Shown: positions 44,907 to 55,700 of the stretch, in pieces | Numbering within the stretch: position 1 is the first letter of the stretch | Layout of the letters: each line of letters opens with the position of its first letter | Source of the DNA: a virus | Length of the DNA: 64,000 nt | IMG/VR virus record: IMGVR_UViG_3300009514_000888 | Location: 1-64,000 of that record | Reading direction: 5' to 3' (one strand) | Program-made: the position numbers and the translations under genes | The notes under the pieces: model-generated | Told to the model about the DNA's origin: nothing | Database searches by the model: none | Seen by the model: only the letters and a program-made list of their open reading frames with translations

Positions 44907-47900
44907 GTGCCTGACATATCAGTAAAGAAACGAAATGGTCGTCTCGAAAAACTCAATTTAGACAAAATCAATCGTTGTGTTCAGCGCGCTTGCGATGACG
45001 TAGAGGCGGTTTCGGCGAGCGAGGTTATACTGGATGCCCAGGTGCAGCTTTATAACAAGATTACCACAACCGAAATTGATAAAGCGCTTATTTTATCCGC
45101 CAGAAGTAAAATCGAGAAAGACCCCAACTATTCCACGGTTGCCGCTCGACTACTCCTCAATACCATATACAAAGAAGTCTTTGGAGAAGGCGTCGATAGC
45201 GATGTCTTCGACATGCAATATCACAAGTCGTTCGTGACAAATCTCAAGAATTTGGTTAAAGTTGGGCGTATTGATGCAGAGCTGTTGAAATTCGACCTGA
45301 ATCGCCTTGCGAAGGCGCTGGATACGCGCAGGGATCATTTGTGGAACTATTTGGGTATCCAGACGGTCTACGACAGATACCTGTTACACATCAACGGACG
45401 GCGTATGGAGACTCCGCAGGGATTTTGGATGCGAGTTGCGATGGGACTGGCGATTAACGAAGAAGATCGGGAAACCAAGGCTATCGAATTCTATGATGCT
45501 CTATCTCGCAATTTATGCCTTTCTGGCACGCCGACATTGTTTAATAGCGGCACCGTTCATCCTCAGCTGAGTAGTTGTTATCTTTCAAGCGTTGACGACT
45601 CGATTAACGGTATTTTCGGAACGATACATAACCAAGCATGTTTGTCCAAATTTGCTGGCGGACTGGGAGTAGACTGGACTCCTATCCGCGGGACCGGCTC
45701 TTATATTCGAGGAACCAATGGCAAAAGCCAGGGCTTAGTGCCGTGGCTTAAAATCTTTAACGATACGTTGGTCGCAGTCAATCAATGCTTTGATCCTGAG
45801 ACACATGTATTTACGGGCAAGGGTATAAAGCAAATGAAAGATGTTGAGAAAGGCGATTTTATACTTTCCGGAAATGGCGAACAATGCGAAGTTGAACAGG
45901 TGATGTTTTATGAGCAGAATGATAGCATGGTCGAAATCGATGTTGAGCATTCTGTTGACAAGATGAGGGTCACTTCTGGTCATCCGCTTTTGGCTTTACG
46001 CAATGTTCCAGTAGAAGTTGAGAACGATAGGACTTATAGGAGGTTGGATAAGGGAATGATCGCGACGGAATGGGTCGAGGCAGGCGACTTGAAACAGGGC
46101 GATTATGTCGCATTCCCCATACCGCAAGAGACATTGAAGGTGGATGGATTTGCGGATGAAGATGCTTATCTGTATGGATTGATGCTAGGAGACGACCATG
46201 CCTCCATAGATCAAGACGAACGTGGAGTATCCTTTCGCCAAGATACCGCAAATGGCAGTTTGCCGTTTGATTATGATGATTTATATGACAAAGATCATAA
46301 CAAAAGAATATCTGCGAAATTCATGCACCTTCCTAGACCTCAGTCTTTGCAGATGATCAAGGGATTGCTGGATTCGGATGAAAATCTGTCTATAGGAGAC
46401 GAGATAATCTTTGGCAATGCTTCTAGATTACTAGTGGAAGGCATGAGGTATCAGCTTCTTCGTATGGGGATACCGTCTGCTGGTAATAAAAGAGAAAGAA
46501 ATTATGATCCTGAATTTCCTTGCAGCGATGGCCCAGCGGTCGCCGCGAAAGGAACGACGGTTGTTTATGATTTAAGAATTCCAGCTGTTCAGGAGATTGC
46601 AGATTTGGTAGGGTCTAAAGTGTTGACTAAGCCAAACTGGTTACGTGTTCATAACTTGATATTAAGTAGAGTGAAGTCTGTAAATCCAATGGACAAATTG
46701 CCAGTGGTAGTTGATCTGAAGATAAAACGAGATGAGACGTACGTGACCAGCTCTGGATTAGCTCATAATGGCGGTAGGCGGAAGGGGGCAGGATGCGCTT
46801 ATTTAGAGACATGGCATTGCGATCTTGAGGACTTTTTGGAGTTACGTAAAAATACCGGCGATGATCGTCGGCGTTGTCATGATATGCATATGGCCAACTG
46901 GATTCCTGATGAATTTATGCGCCGCGTTCAGGGAGATGAGCAGTGGTATCTTTTCAGCCCAAGCGACACTCCCGATCTACATGATCTATTTGGGAAAGAG
47001 TTCGATAAGGCATACAAGCTATACTGCAAGCAGGCGGATGCTGGGGAAATCCCCAGTAGGATAGTTCCCGCCAAACATCTTTGGAAGAAGATGCTACGGT
47101 CTTTATATGAAACTGGACACCCGTGGATGACCTGGAAAGACCCGTCTAACATTCGCTATCCCAATCAGCATGTGGGGACGGTTCATTCGTCTAACTTGTG
47201 TACCGAAATCCTCTTGCACACTAAGGCGACTAAGTATGGAGACACAGGCGAGGTTGAGGAAATCGGAGAGACAGCTGTGTGTAACTTAAGTAGTCTCAAC
47301 TTGGCAGCTCATATCGAAAATGGTAATATGAACTGGGATTTGCTTCAAAAAACCATTGGCACAGCAATGCGAATGCTCGATAATGTCATTGATATTAACT
47401 ACTATCCGACCAAAGAATCTCGCAAGTCCAATACGACTCATCGCCCTGTCGGACTGGGAATTATGGGCTTTCATGACATGCTTCATCTGTTGGGTATCAC
47501 TTATGATTCAAATGAGGCCGTTGAACTTTCTGGGCAGGTGCAAGAGTTTGTTTCGTACCACGCCATTTTGAACTCTAGCAAGTTGGCCAAGGAGCGCGGG
47601 ACGTACCGCACTTACGAAGGCTCGACCTGGGATCAGGGGTTGCTGCCTATCGACACTTATCGAGAGTTGATCAAATATCGTGGCAATGAAGATGCTACAA
47701 TAGTTCAACGGCTGGATTGGAGTGAAGTTAAAGATCACGTAGCGCAGCATGGTATGCGTAACTCGAATACGATGGCAATTGCTCCAACCGCTACAATTAG
47801 TTATATCGCCGGATGCTCGCAAAGTATCGAGCCAGACTTTGGCGTTCTTTACGTTTATACGACGCTATCCGGCGAATTTACAATGGCGAACCGCTTCTTC

Positions 47901-48371
47901 GCAGACGATATGAAAAGGCTAGGATTGTGGGGCAAGGACTTGATCGATGCTCTTAAGGTTGTGGATGGAGATATCGATCAACTGAACCTCCCTGAGGATA
48001 TTAAGCACAAGTATAAGTCAGCTTTTCATATGCCACCTGAGCGGCTCATCGACTGCGCTGCCGCCAGGCAACAGTGGATTGATCAGGGGCAGAGTCTTAA
48101 CCTATATGCTGATACGACCAGCATGAAGTACCTGCATGATATGTATATGTATGCCTGGCAAAAATGCCTGAAAACAACCTATTATTTGCGGGCGAAGGCA
48201 GCCAGCCGCATTGAGAAATCTACTGGCTCTAAAAATGGCAATGGGTATCTCAAGGTAAATGGCAATGGCAATGGCAATGGCCAAGAGCCGCAGGAGAACG
48301 TATTGACTGATGGCGATGTTTGTTCGACGGAATCTCGCATGCGCGGCGAGATTTGTGAAGCATGTCAATAA
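44907..48371 (+). CDS. nrdA: ribonucleotide reductase alpha subunit with ATP cone and intein
   Basis: VKKRNG ATP cone, TPTLFN, SSCYL, NLCTEI, CNLSS, APTAT, KTTYY and a C-terminal Cys pair. Confidence 0.95.
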   Translation: MPDISVKKRNGRLEKLNLDKINRCVQRACDDVEAVSASEVILDAQVQLYNKITTTEIDKALILSARSKIEKDPNYSTVAARLLLNTIYKEVFGEGVDSDVFDMQYHKSFVTNLKNLVKVGRIDAELLKFDLNRLAKALDTRRDHLWNYLGIQTVYDRYLLHINGRRMETPQGFWMRVAMGLAINEEDRETKAIEFYDALSRNLCLSGTPTLFNSGTVHPQLSSCYLSSVDDSINGIFGTIHNQACLSKFAGGLGVDWTPIRGTGSYIRGTNGKSQGLVPWLKIFNDTLVAVNQCFDPETHVFTGKGIKQMKDVEKGDFILSGNGEQCEVEQVMFYEQNDSMVEIDVEHSVDKMRVTSGHPLLALRNVPVEVENDRTYRRLDKGMIATEWVEAGDLKQGDYVAFPIPQETLKVDGFADEDAYLYGLMLGDDHASIDQDERGVSFRQDTANGSLPFDYDDLYDKDHNKRISAKFMHLPRPQSLQMIKGLLDSDENLSIGDEIIFGNASRLLVEGMRYQLLRMGIPSAGNKRERNYDPEFPCSDGPAVAAKGTTVVYDLRIPAVQEIADLVGSKVLTKPNWLRVHNLILSRVKSVNPMDKLPVVVDLKIKRDETYVTSSGLAHNGGRRKGAGCAYLETWHCDLEDFLELRKNTGDDRRRCHDMHMANWIPDEFMRRVQGDEQWYLFSPSDTPDLHDLFGKEFDKAYKLYCKQADAGEIPSRIVPAKHLWKKMLRSLYETGHPWMTWKDPSNIRYPNQHVGTVHSSNLCTEILLHTKATKYGDTGEVEEIGETAVCNLSSLNLAAHIENGNMNWDLLQKTIGTAMRMLDNVIDINYYPTKESRKSNTTHRPVGLGIMGFHDMLHLLGITYDSNEAVELSGQVQEFVSYHAILNSSKLAKERGTYRTYEGSTWDQGLLPIDTYRELIKYRGNEDATIVQRLDWSEVKDHVAQHGMRNSNTMAIAPTATISYIAGCSQSIEPDFGVLYVYTTLSGEFTMANRFFADDMKRLGLWGKDLIDALKVVDGDIDQLNLPEDIKHKYKSAFHMPPERLIDCAAARQQWIDQGQSLNLYADTTSMKYLHDMYMYAWQKCLKTTYYLRAKAASRIEKSTGSKNGNGYLKVNGNGNGNGQEPQENVLTDGDVCSTESRMRGEICEACQ
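45786..46769 (+). mobile_element. intein (328 aa, degenerate LAGLIDADG) in NrdA, Gly at +1
   Basis: AVNQ|CFDPETHV...VTSGHP...YLYGLMLGD...KGLLDSD...GLAHN|GGRRKG. Confidence 0.9.
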
Positions 48372-48383
48372 AAAGGGCTGGCC

Positions 48384-49403
48384 ATGAAGAAGATTCAAAA
48401 AAGGGCAGGGCTGTTGGTTGGAGAAATTGCTGGTGTCAACCAAATATGCCCCGTGATCTATGACTGGGCTTGGGACAGCTATATCAAGGGCGTAGCCAAT
48501 AACTGGGTTCCTACCGAAGTTCCCATGAACAGGGATATCGAACAATGGAAATCCCAAACTGAACTGACTGAAGACGAAAGACTCGTTATTAAACGCTGCC
48601 TGGGATTTTTTGCTGGCAGCGAAAGCCTGGTTGCTAACAACCTGTTGCTGGCAATCTTTAGATGGATTACCAATCCCGAATGTAGGCAATACATCGGTCG
48701 GCAGAACTATGAAGAACTGTTGCACAACCATACGATTGTTTACATCTGTGATAGTCTAAATCTGGATATTGCAGAAATCTACGAGGCATATAAAAACGTC
48801 GCGTCGATCAAGGCCAAAGACGACTTCCTCATGGGGATTACATCTGACATCTCTCGTCCGGGCTTTGATATAAGCAATAACGAAGGCAGGAAAGAATTAG
48901 TGAGAAATCTTTTGTCCTACTATATCATTTGCGAGGGCATCATGTTTTATAGCGGCTTTGCCATGATGCTGTCGTTCGGACGCCAGAACAAAATGCCAGG
49001 TATTTCAGAACAGATTCAGTACACACTACGAGATGAATCGTTGCATATACAGTTTGGCGTCAATCTTATCAATACCCTGCGCAAGGAGCATCCCGGCATC
49101 TGGACCAAAGCTTTTGAAGAAGAGACTATTGATCATATCAAAAAAGCTGTTGAACTGGAGATCGCATATGCCCATGATGTAATGCCAAACGGAATCTTGG
49201 GGTTGAACGCGCCCATGTTTGTGGACTATGTGCAATACATAGGGAATCGCAGGCTTGAAGCGTTGGAATTGGATTTCCGATATAACTCTGATGTTAACCC
49301 GTTCCCGTGGATGAGCGAAGTCATCGACTTGCAGAAAAACAAGAATTTCTTCGAGTCAAGAGTGACGGATTATCAAACGGGAACCATAGAGGATGATTTT
49401 TAA
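48384..49403 (+). CDS. nrdB: ribonucleotide reductase beta subunit (class Ic-like)
   Basis: FFAGSESLVANN, EELLHNHT, EGIMFYSGF, RDESLH and KNFFE motifs. Confidence 0.92.
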   Translation: MKKIQKRAGLLVGEIAGVNQICPVIYDWAWDSYIKGVANNWVPTEVPMNRDIEQWKSQTELTEDERLVIKRCLGFFAGSESLVANNLLLAIFRWITNPECRQYIGRQNYEELLHNHTIVYICDSLNLDIAEIYEAYKNVASIKAKDDFLMGITSDISRPGFDISNNEGRKELVRNLLSYYIICEGIMFYSGFAMMLSFGRQNKMPGISEQIQYTLRDESLHIQFGVNLINTLRKEHPGIWTKAFEEETIDHIKKAVELEIAYAHDVMPNGILGLNAPMFVDYVQYIGNRRLEALELDFRYNSDVNPFPWMSEVIDLQKNKNFFESRVTDYQTGTIEDDF

Positions 49404-49413
49404 GGAGATAGCG

Positions 49414-49791
49414 ATGCGGCCAGAGCAGTATGTAGAAGGCGTATTAGGCACTAAAAGTCAGTTTTATCACTGGGACAGAGTTGATCCTGATTTGCTTCAT
49501 GCGATTATGGGGTGCGAAACGGAAGTGGGAGAGATGATGGATGCTATCAAGCGCACTATTTTTTATGGGAAAGAACTGGACATAGTAAACGTAAAAGAAG
49601 AGTTGGGCGATCTTCTGTATTATGTCGCTCTTGCCATGCACGCTTGCGGCACTTCGTTCGAAGAGGTTATGAAAGCGAACCATGCAAAACTGAAAGCTAG
49701 ATATCCAGATGGATTCAGTAAAGTTAGAGCTTCGGAGCGCAATTTGGCAGAGGAAAGAAAAGTATTAGAAGACAATATGGTTGATCGATGA
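49414..49791 (+). CDS. MazG-like NTP pyrophosphohydrolase
   Basis: LLHAIMG..EVGE..D, KEELGDLLYY and N..KL.ARYP motifs. Confidence 0.85.
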   Translation: MRPEQYVEGVLGTKSQFYHWDRVDPDLLHAIMGCETEVGEMMDAIKRTIFYGKELDIVNVKEELGDLLYYVALAMHACGTSFEEVMKANHAKLKARYPDGFSKVRASERNLAEERKVLEDNMVDR

Positions 49792-50534
49792 TCCGTGAAG
49801 ATCAAATTATTCATGGAGATTGCCGGCAAATATTCCCAGATGTACCGGATTCTTTGGCTAAGATAGTAATCACGTCTCCTCCATACCGAGCTGGCAAGGC
49901 ATATGAAGAGTCCATGTCTGTCGAGGAATATAGACAGTTTGCGGAGTCATGGGTTTCTCGAATTCCTCGCATTGTAGATGATAACGGATCATTTTGGCTT
50001 AATGTAGGGTATACCAAGATTGGAAAAAATGAAACACTACCATTGACGTACCTATACTATCCCTTGGTCAAGATGCGTCTTGTACAAGAGATCGTTTGGC
50101 ATTATGAAGGAGGAATGTCATACAAAAAAAGATTTACACATCGCACAGAAAGATGGATGTGGTTTGCTAAAAATCCTGATAATGTAATATTCAATCTCGA
50201 TGATATTAGAGATATCTCTCTAAACAAAACAGATGATAAAAGAAATCATCCTCTCGGGAAAAACCCGTCTGATTACTGGTCGTTTAATAGAGTTGTCTCT
50301 GGCACTGGAAAAACAAAAGAAAAAACCTCTCACCCATGTCAATTCCCTATCTCAATGATAAAAAGAATCATTCGATCTTGCTCCAATACAGGCGACCTGA
50401 TTATAGACCCGTTCTCCGGGTCTGGCACTGTTTGCGCAGCTGCCAAAGAACTTGGACGTAAATATATAGGAATAGAACAATGCCAGCAATATGTCGATGA
50501 ATCCAGGGAACGGTTAAGGAACATCAGCGGCTAA
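49788..50534 (+). CDS. site-specific DNA methyltransferase (N4/N6, beta class)
   Basis: TSPPY, HPCQFP and DPFSGSGT motifs. Confidence 0.9.
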   Translation: MIREDQIIHGDCRQIFPDVPDSLAKIVITSPPYRAGKAYEESMSVEEYRQFAESWVSRIPRIVDDNGSFWLNVGYTKIGKNETLPLTYLYYPLVKMRLVQEIVWHYEGGMSYKKRFTHRTERWMWFAKNPDNVIFNLDDIRDISLNKTDDKRNHPLGKNPSDYWSFNRVVSGTGKTKEKTSHPCQFPISMIKRIIRSCSNTGDLIIDPFSGSGTVCAAAKELGRKYIGIEQCQQYVDESRERLRNISG

Positions 50535-50590
50535 AGGGAAACATCATACAGATCAGAAAATAATAATGGATTTGGCTCCGACTATAGATC

Positions 50591-52348
50591 ATGCCTGTAT
50601 CAGCATCAAACACTGTCGTCGCATATCGATCCGGTGATACCCAAAGCGAAGAGGTCACCGATCTCTATGTCGCCAGACATAACCTGCCTGCTGCGCATAA
50701 AGTTGCGCTGCCATGTAGCTCAAATGAAATATTGAACAATGAAGCAGCATTTGATGCGCAGGTTCGTTTGCCGCTTAAGGCGGCTGTCGATGCCCTGGAG
50801 GTCGGCGGCGCAAATATTATGGTCATTGTTCTGAGCTTCCGCGTTCCAGGCGGATTTCGCTCTGGCAACGATGTCATATCGTCAACATCACGAATCTCTC
50901 GTATCCATAAACCATTTGTGAAGCAGATTCGGAATGACTTGTTTGATCGGAGGGTCTTCTCTCGATTTGAAACAGCAGATAAAGGCGTTGCCCTGATTGC
51001 ATCTCGTATCGATGCTCCAACGATACAACTGGCTAAGGACATGGTAGAGAATGCCGATAGGCTCAGGAAGAGAGCCTTTGTGAATGGCAAATTTTATCTC
51101 GATCCATATTCTGATCGTCATGCTCCAGGATCAGATGATTATACCAATGAACTACTGGACTTCCAGACCAGAACATTGCCCGTCCTGAATCTGGAAGAAT
51201 TCTCAACCGTATTCCTCGACCCCTATGTAGATGTGGTGATCCCATTCGCGGAAAATGATTCTTTTATTTGGTCATGGTTTACAGATAGAACATCCCTCTC
51301 GTTCTTCAAAGATACAGGCTCATTCCGCGTCTTCCTGTACAATGCCGACTTTGATGGCGCAGCGACTGTTCGTGGTTTGACGGATGGCAGATGGACTAGC
51401 ACAGGGATACAGGCTGGATACCTGTCAACCGCTGGGGCAATGTCTGCCCCTACGATTGACGGATTCTTGCGACCTCAGCCGTTTTTCGAAACGTTGATTC
51501 GAGGAGGTACGCTGGGAGAAGCATACCTGTTCAGCCAGCCATTCTTCGATTGGACAATCTCTTTTTTAGGCGATCCGCTCGTTTCAATGTCCTTTCCGGC
51601 TGAACTGACGATTGACGCCGAGGGGACGAATGAGATCGAAAGCATACGGCTGATGAGCCAGAGCCTTTCTCGCGCGCTGGCGTATGGACTAAGGAAAGAA
51701 ACGGAATTGGAACAGGTCAGAGATAGGATCGTTCTTAGTTTGGATATCGCTACAGAAGTGGACCTGCTGCTGCCTGCGAGCAATTTGTACCAAGAAAATA
51801 CGAATGAAGCTATCAATGGGCAATACTCTGATTTGGTGGTTACGTTTGCAGACTATATTGAGAACAGAAATAGATTTGCTAATTTGACAGAGATTCAGCC
51901 CAATGTCAGTACCATTCTCAGTAACAATGAACTCCAATTTAGCGAACTGATACAAGACGCGGAGCCAGATGTCAATCGCTATTCCTCTAATGTGATATTG
52001 AATCAAGGAAGCTGGCAACTGGAATTCGTGGTACAGGATGATGCCGGATCATTCGCTTTCTATCATTTTGGTATAGAAGTTTCTGAGAGCGTGGATTTCG
52101 ATACTATCGATCTTGCTGTTAACAGCCAGGATAATCAGAACGGTTGGTTCTTTGAAGCGAACGAAAACGAATTCTCTCCGATCACTGTTGGCGGGGTAAG
52201 GTCCAGCTTTGTTGGCAAGAGAGTCAGATATGAGTCTCAGTCGGGGCAGAATCTAAGTCGTAGCGGTATTTACAACTTTAGGGTTAGACAGATCGACCAG
52301 TTGACAACATACGATTTTCGAGAATTTGCCGATATCATATTCACATGA
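50591..52348 (+). CDS. TIGR03790-like protein
   Basis: VVAY...S....Y...H, SSTSRI, ASRIDAP, TLGEAY and FLGDPL motifs. Confidence 0.65.
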   Translation: MPVSASNTVVAYRSGDTQSEEVTDLYVARHNLPAAHKVALPCSSNEILNNEAAFDAQVRLPLKAAVDALEVGGANIMVIVLSFRVPGGFRSGNDVISSTSRISRIHKPFVKQIRNDLFDRRVFSRFETADKGVALIASRIDAPTIQLAKDMVENADRLRKRAFVNGKFYLDPYSDRHAPGSDDYTNELLDFQTRTLPVLNLEEFSTVFLDPYVDVVIPFAENDSFIWSWFTDRTSLSFFKDTGSFRVFLYNADFDGAATVRGLTDGRWTSTGIQAGYLSTAGAMSAPTIDGFLRPQPFFETLIRGGTLGEAYLFSQPFFDWTISFLGDPLVSMSFPAELTIDAEGTNEIESIRLMSQSLSRALAYGLRKETELEQVRDRIVLSLDIATEVDLLLPASNLYQENTNEAINGQYSDLVVTFADYIENRNRFANLTEIQPNVSTILSNNELQFSELIQDAEPDVNRYSSNVILNQGSWQLEFVVQDDAGSFAFYHFGIEVSESVDFDTIDLAVNSQDNQNGWFFEANENEFSPITVGGVRSSFVGKRVRYESQSGQNLSRSGIYNFRVRQIDQLTTYDFREFADIIFT

Positions 52349-52713
52349 TTAGCAGCGCAGATTACCAGTTTATTGCAGATCGTATTGGGCATGCCAAGGC
52401 TAACGGGCCTGGTATGGCGTTCAACCTCTTGTCTATGAGATCGCATCTAAGGGACAACGAGGTTGCTGCAAGTAATGAATTCAAGCTGTGGTTGACCAAA
52501 ATCATCACGGATACGTATGACGTTATTGTGGAGTCTCATCTTAGAACGCCGCCCATCTTACTGAACTTTGTGGATATATTGCAAACTCATGTCGAAAAAC
52601 ACTATGGATCAGTCGATGCCTTCCTGTCCAGCAATGGCGTCAAGGTTAACCAGGATTTTGCTGACCTATCGGATGAAGCAGGGTTTGAAATTGACCTGGC
52701 AAATATAGAGTAA
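52345..52713 (+). CDS. hypothetical protein
   Basis: ORF with ATGA overlap. Confidence 0.6.
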   Translation: MISSADYQFIADRIGHAKANGPGMAFNLLSMRSHLRDNEVAASNEFKLWLTKIITDTYDVIVESHLRTPPILLNFVDILQTHVEKHYGSVDAFLSSNGVKVNQDFADLSDEAGFEIDLANIE

Positions 52714-52769
52714 TTTCGCTATTTTCTTGGTAATAGTAGATTTGGGAAGTTGATACTTGGAGAAACGAA

Positions 52770-55700
52770 ATGGCGAAGAGGAAGTCCAGTAGAGCCGGAG
52801 AATTCCTGTCTTCTCTTAGAGAGAGCCTGAAAGGGGATGGAGAGTCTAATATACCAGATATTATCTCCTTCGTAGAGGATGAGAGATACCTGGGATTGCC
52901 GCATGGACATAATCCTATTAATCTGTTTCCTGCCCAAAAATTGACGCTCAAGGCGTTTTATAGAGGCTCTGTCGGAAACGAAAATCTAGAAATTACCGAT
53001 GAAGATTATGCGTTGTGTCGCAAGATGGGGCTGACGGATCATGATGATCGTGGTAATCTGCTCGAAAAGATTCAAAGCAATAGCATCTTTAGAGAGCTGG
53101 TGCTGGTTTGGGGGCGTCGGTGCGTCTCAGAAGATATGGAAATAATCGATCCGGATACAGGCACCGTTTGGACATTTGGAGAATTGTGGGATCATGGCAG
53201 GAGACGTATAGACTCCTGGACTTATGATGAAAATAGCAGAAAAATGAGGATCATCAAAGACGCAGATATCCTGTTTCAGGGTAAAAGAGAAGTTTTCGAA
53301 TTAGAAACTAAAAGCGGGCATAAAATAGAAGCTACCTTAAATCACCCGTTCTTGACTAAACATGGATGGAAAAAACTAGAAGATTTAGAAATCAACAAAG
53401 ATGCTGTCGCATTGTGCACTGAACAGCCATTCTTCGGCAAGTCAGATGCTATCAGCGAAGATGAAGCTGCACTGCAAAGCATTGGATTTGCAGGAGATAA
53501 GCAGAGAGAGTTTCCGGACAGACCATATGCCCCTACCAAGCGGAGAGCAATTAATCAGTCATGCCTAAAGTTTTCCAAGATTAATTCTATCAAGCCCATT
53601 GGGCGTAAACGAACATTTGACCTTTCTGTTAGCGATAAAAAATCGTTGCAAAACTTTACTACACAAGGGTTTGTAATCTCGAACTCAGGTAAGGATTTTA
53701 GTGGTAGTATTATTGCTGCCTATGAGGCCATGAAGTTATTGGAGGTTCCCGGCGGCGATCCGTATGCTTATTATAACATCGGTTCTGCTGTTCCCATCTC
53801 AATTCTTACCGTTGCTACGTCTAAGCCCCAGGCCAGGATTGCGTTCCAGGAGATTAGGGAAAAAGTTATTTACAGCCAATACTTTCAGGACAAATACCTG
53901 CCAGAGGGCATTGAAACTGAGGCTATTCACCTTTTGACCCCCAAGGACAAGAAAGATAACCAGGAATTTGCCGCCAAGGGATTACCCTTAAAGAAAGGAT
54001 CAGTTTGTATTGAAGTTGGTCACTCTAACTCCGACTCCTTGCTTGGTAAAGGCTGCATTGTTTTGATTCTTGATGAGGTTGCTTCTTATAAGAACACTGG
54101 CGGGTCATCATCCGGAGACCGTATCTATACTGCTTTGCAACCAACCTTGAATACCTATTATCGCCGCATCCCTATTGAGGACGAATTTGGCAACATCAAA
54201 ATGGATGAGGATGGCAAGGCATGCTATAATATTGAGTATCATGGTAAGATCATCTCGATTTCATCTCCCAGAGGCAAGGAAGGTAAGTTCTATGATTTGT
54301 GGCAGGGAGCGGCTGGCGCTCCTGAAAGACTTGCCTGCCGTCTCCCGACTTGGGAAGTAAATAACCAGCATAGCTATGACTCCTTGCGAGCCGCTAATAG
54401 CGAAATGAGCGAGGAAGTCTTTATGATGGAATTTGGTGCCGAGTTTTCAGGCACAGCAGGTGAGGCGTTCTTCGAAAGAGACCAGGTTGAGCGATGCTTT
54501 AGGGGGCATGTGTTCATTGAGAATCGTTTAATTGGAGAGCCAGGAAAGGTTTATTTTGCCCATCTCGACCCTGCCACGAATAGCCACAATTATGCTTTGG
54601 TGGTTTTGCATAAAGAGATGTTTATCAATCGCGTAGACAAGAAATCGGATTTCTATGTGGTGGTGGATCACATCAAAACATGGCATCCTGGGCAGGACAA
54701 GCCTATCGATATTGATGCAGTTGATGAATACATGATTCAATTGAAGCGCCGATTTCATTTGGGAGTTGTAACGTATGACCATTGGAACTGTACTAGTCCT
54801 GAATCCTGGATTTTTTCCTCTAAAGGGCTGGTCCAGGTCAAGGATTTGAAATTAGGAGATCATGTGCAGGGGCAGGGCGGACAACTTAATAAAGTGATGT
54901 CATTAGGATATAAAAGGGATGTTAAGGGATATAGAGTCCGAACAAAATTTGGTTATGAATTACAGGCTAATGATGTTCATCCTGTTTTGGATAAAGAAAA
55001 TGGCTTTGTTCAATTGAAAGACCTGTCAGTTGGATCGACTGTTTGTCTTAAGGATTTCGAAGGCATTTTTGGAGAAGAAGACGCCGTAAATGAAGCGGCT
55101 ATGTCTGGGTATTTGATTTCAGAAGGTCATTTTGCTAGTAAAAGAAATAGCGTAGAATTCACGACTACATCAGATGACAATTTACATGATTATTGTAAAC
55201 TTGCAATATCAGTGGTTGGGGATGAGCCAAGAATTTATGTCAAAAAGTTCAAAAATCATTGGAAAGATTCGTACAATGCTAGATACATGCAGTCTGATCA
55301 TGTAGAAAAGATTATGGGATTATGTGATTGCGGATTATCTCACGATAAGAAAATCCCACAGTTTGTAATGAAAGGCAACAAACGAACTGTTGCTGCATTT
55401 TTGTCCGCTTTGTACGAAGGGGACGGGACTGTAATAAAAGATATCAACTGTCTTTCTGTACAATATGACACTGTTAGCGAGGAATTGTCTAAGCAAGTCC
55501 AGATGCTTTTGTTAGCATTTGGAATTAAATCTAGTAGGAAATATTTCGAAAACAAGTATTTCAAAGATAAGAAATGTCCATATTATAGAGTTAGTTTGTA
55601 TGGATACAATATATTTGCTTTTCATAACAATATTGGTTTTAGGTCAAAAGAAAAGAGAGATAGGTTGGATAATGTTGTTGATTTGCAAGGTTCTGACAAA

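Noticed and set aside
48237-48280. GGCAAT (Gly-Asn) repeats, also at about 32412-32430
   Set aside because: Short in-frame microsatellites in flexible linkers
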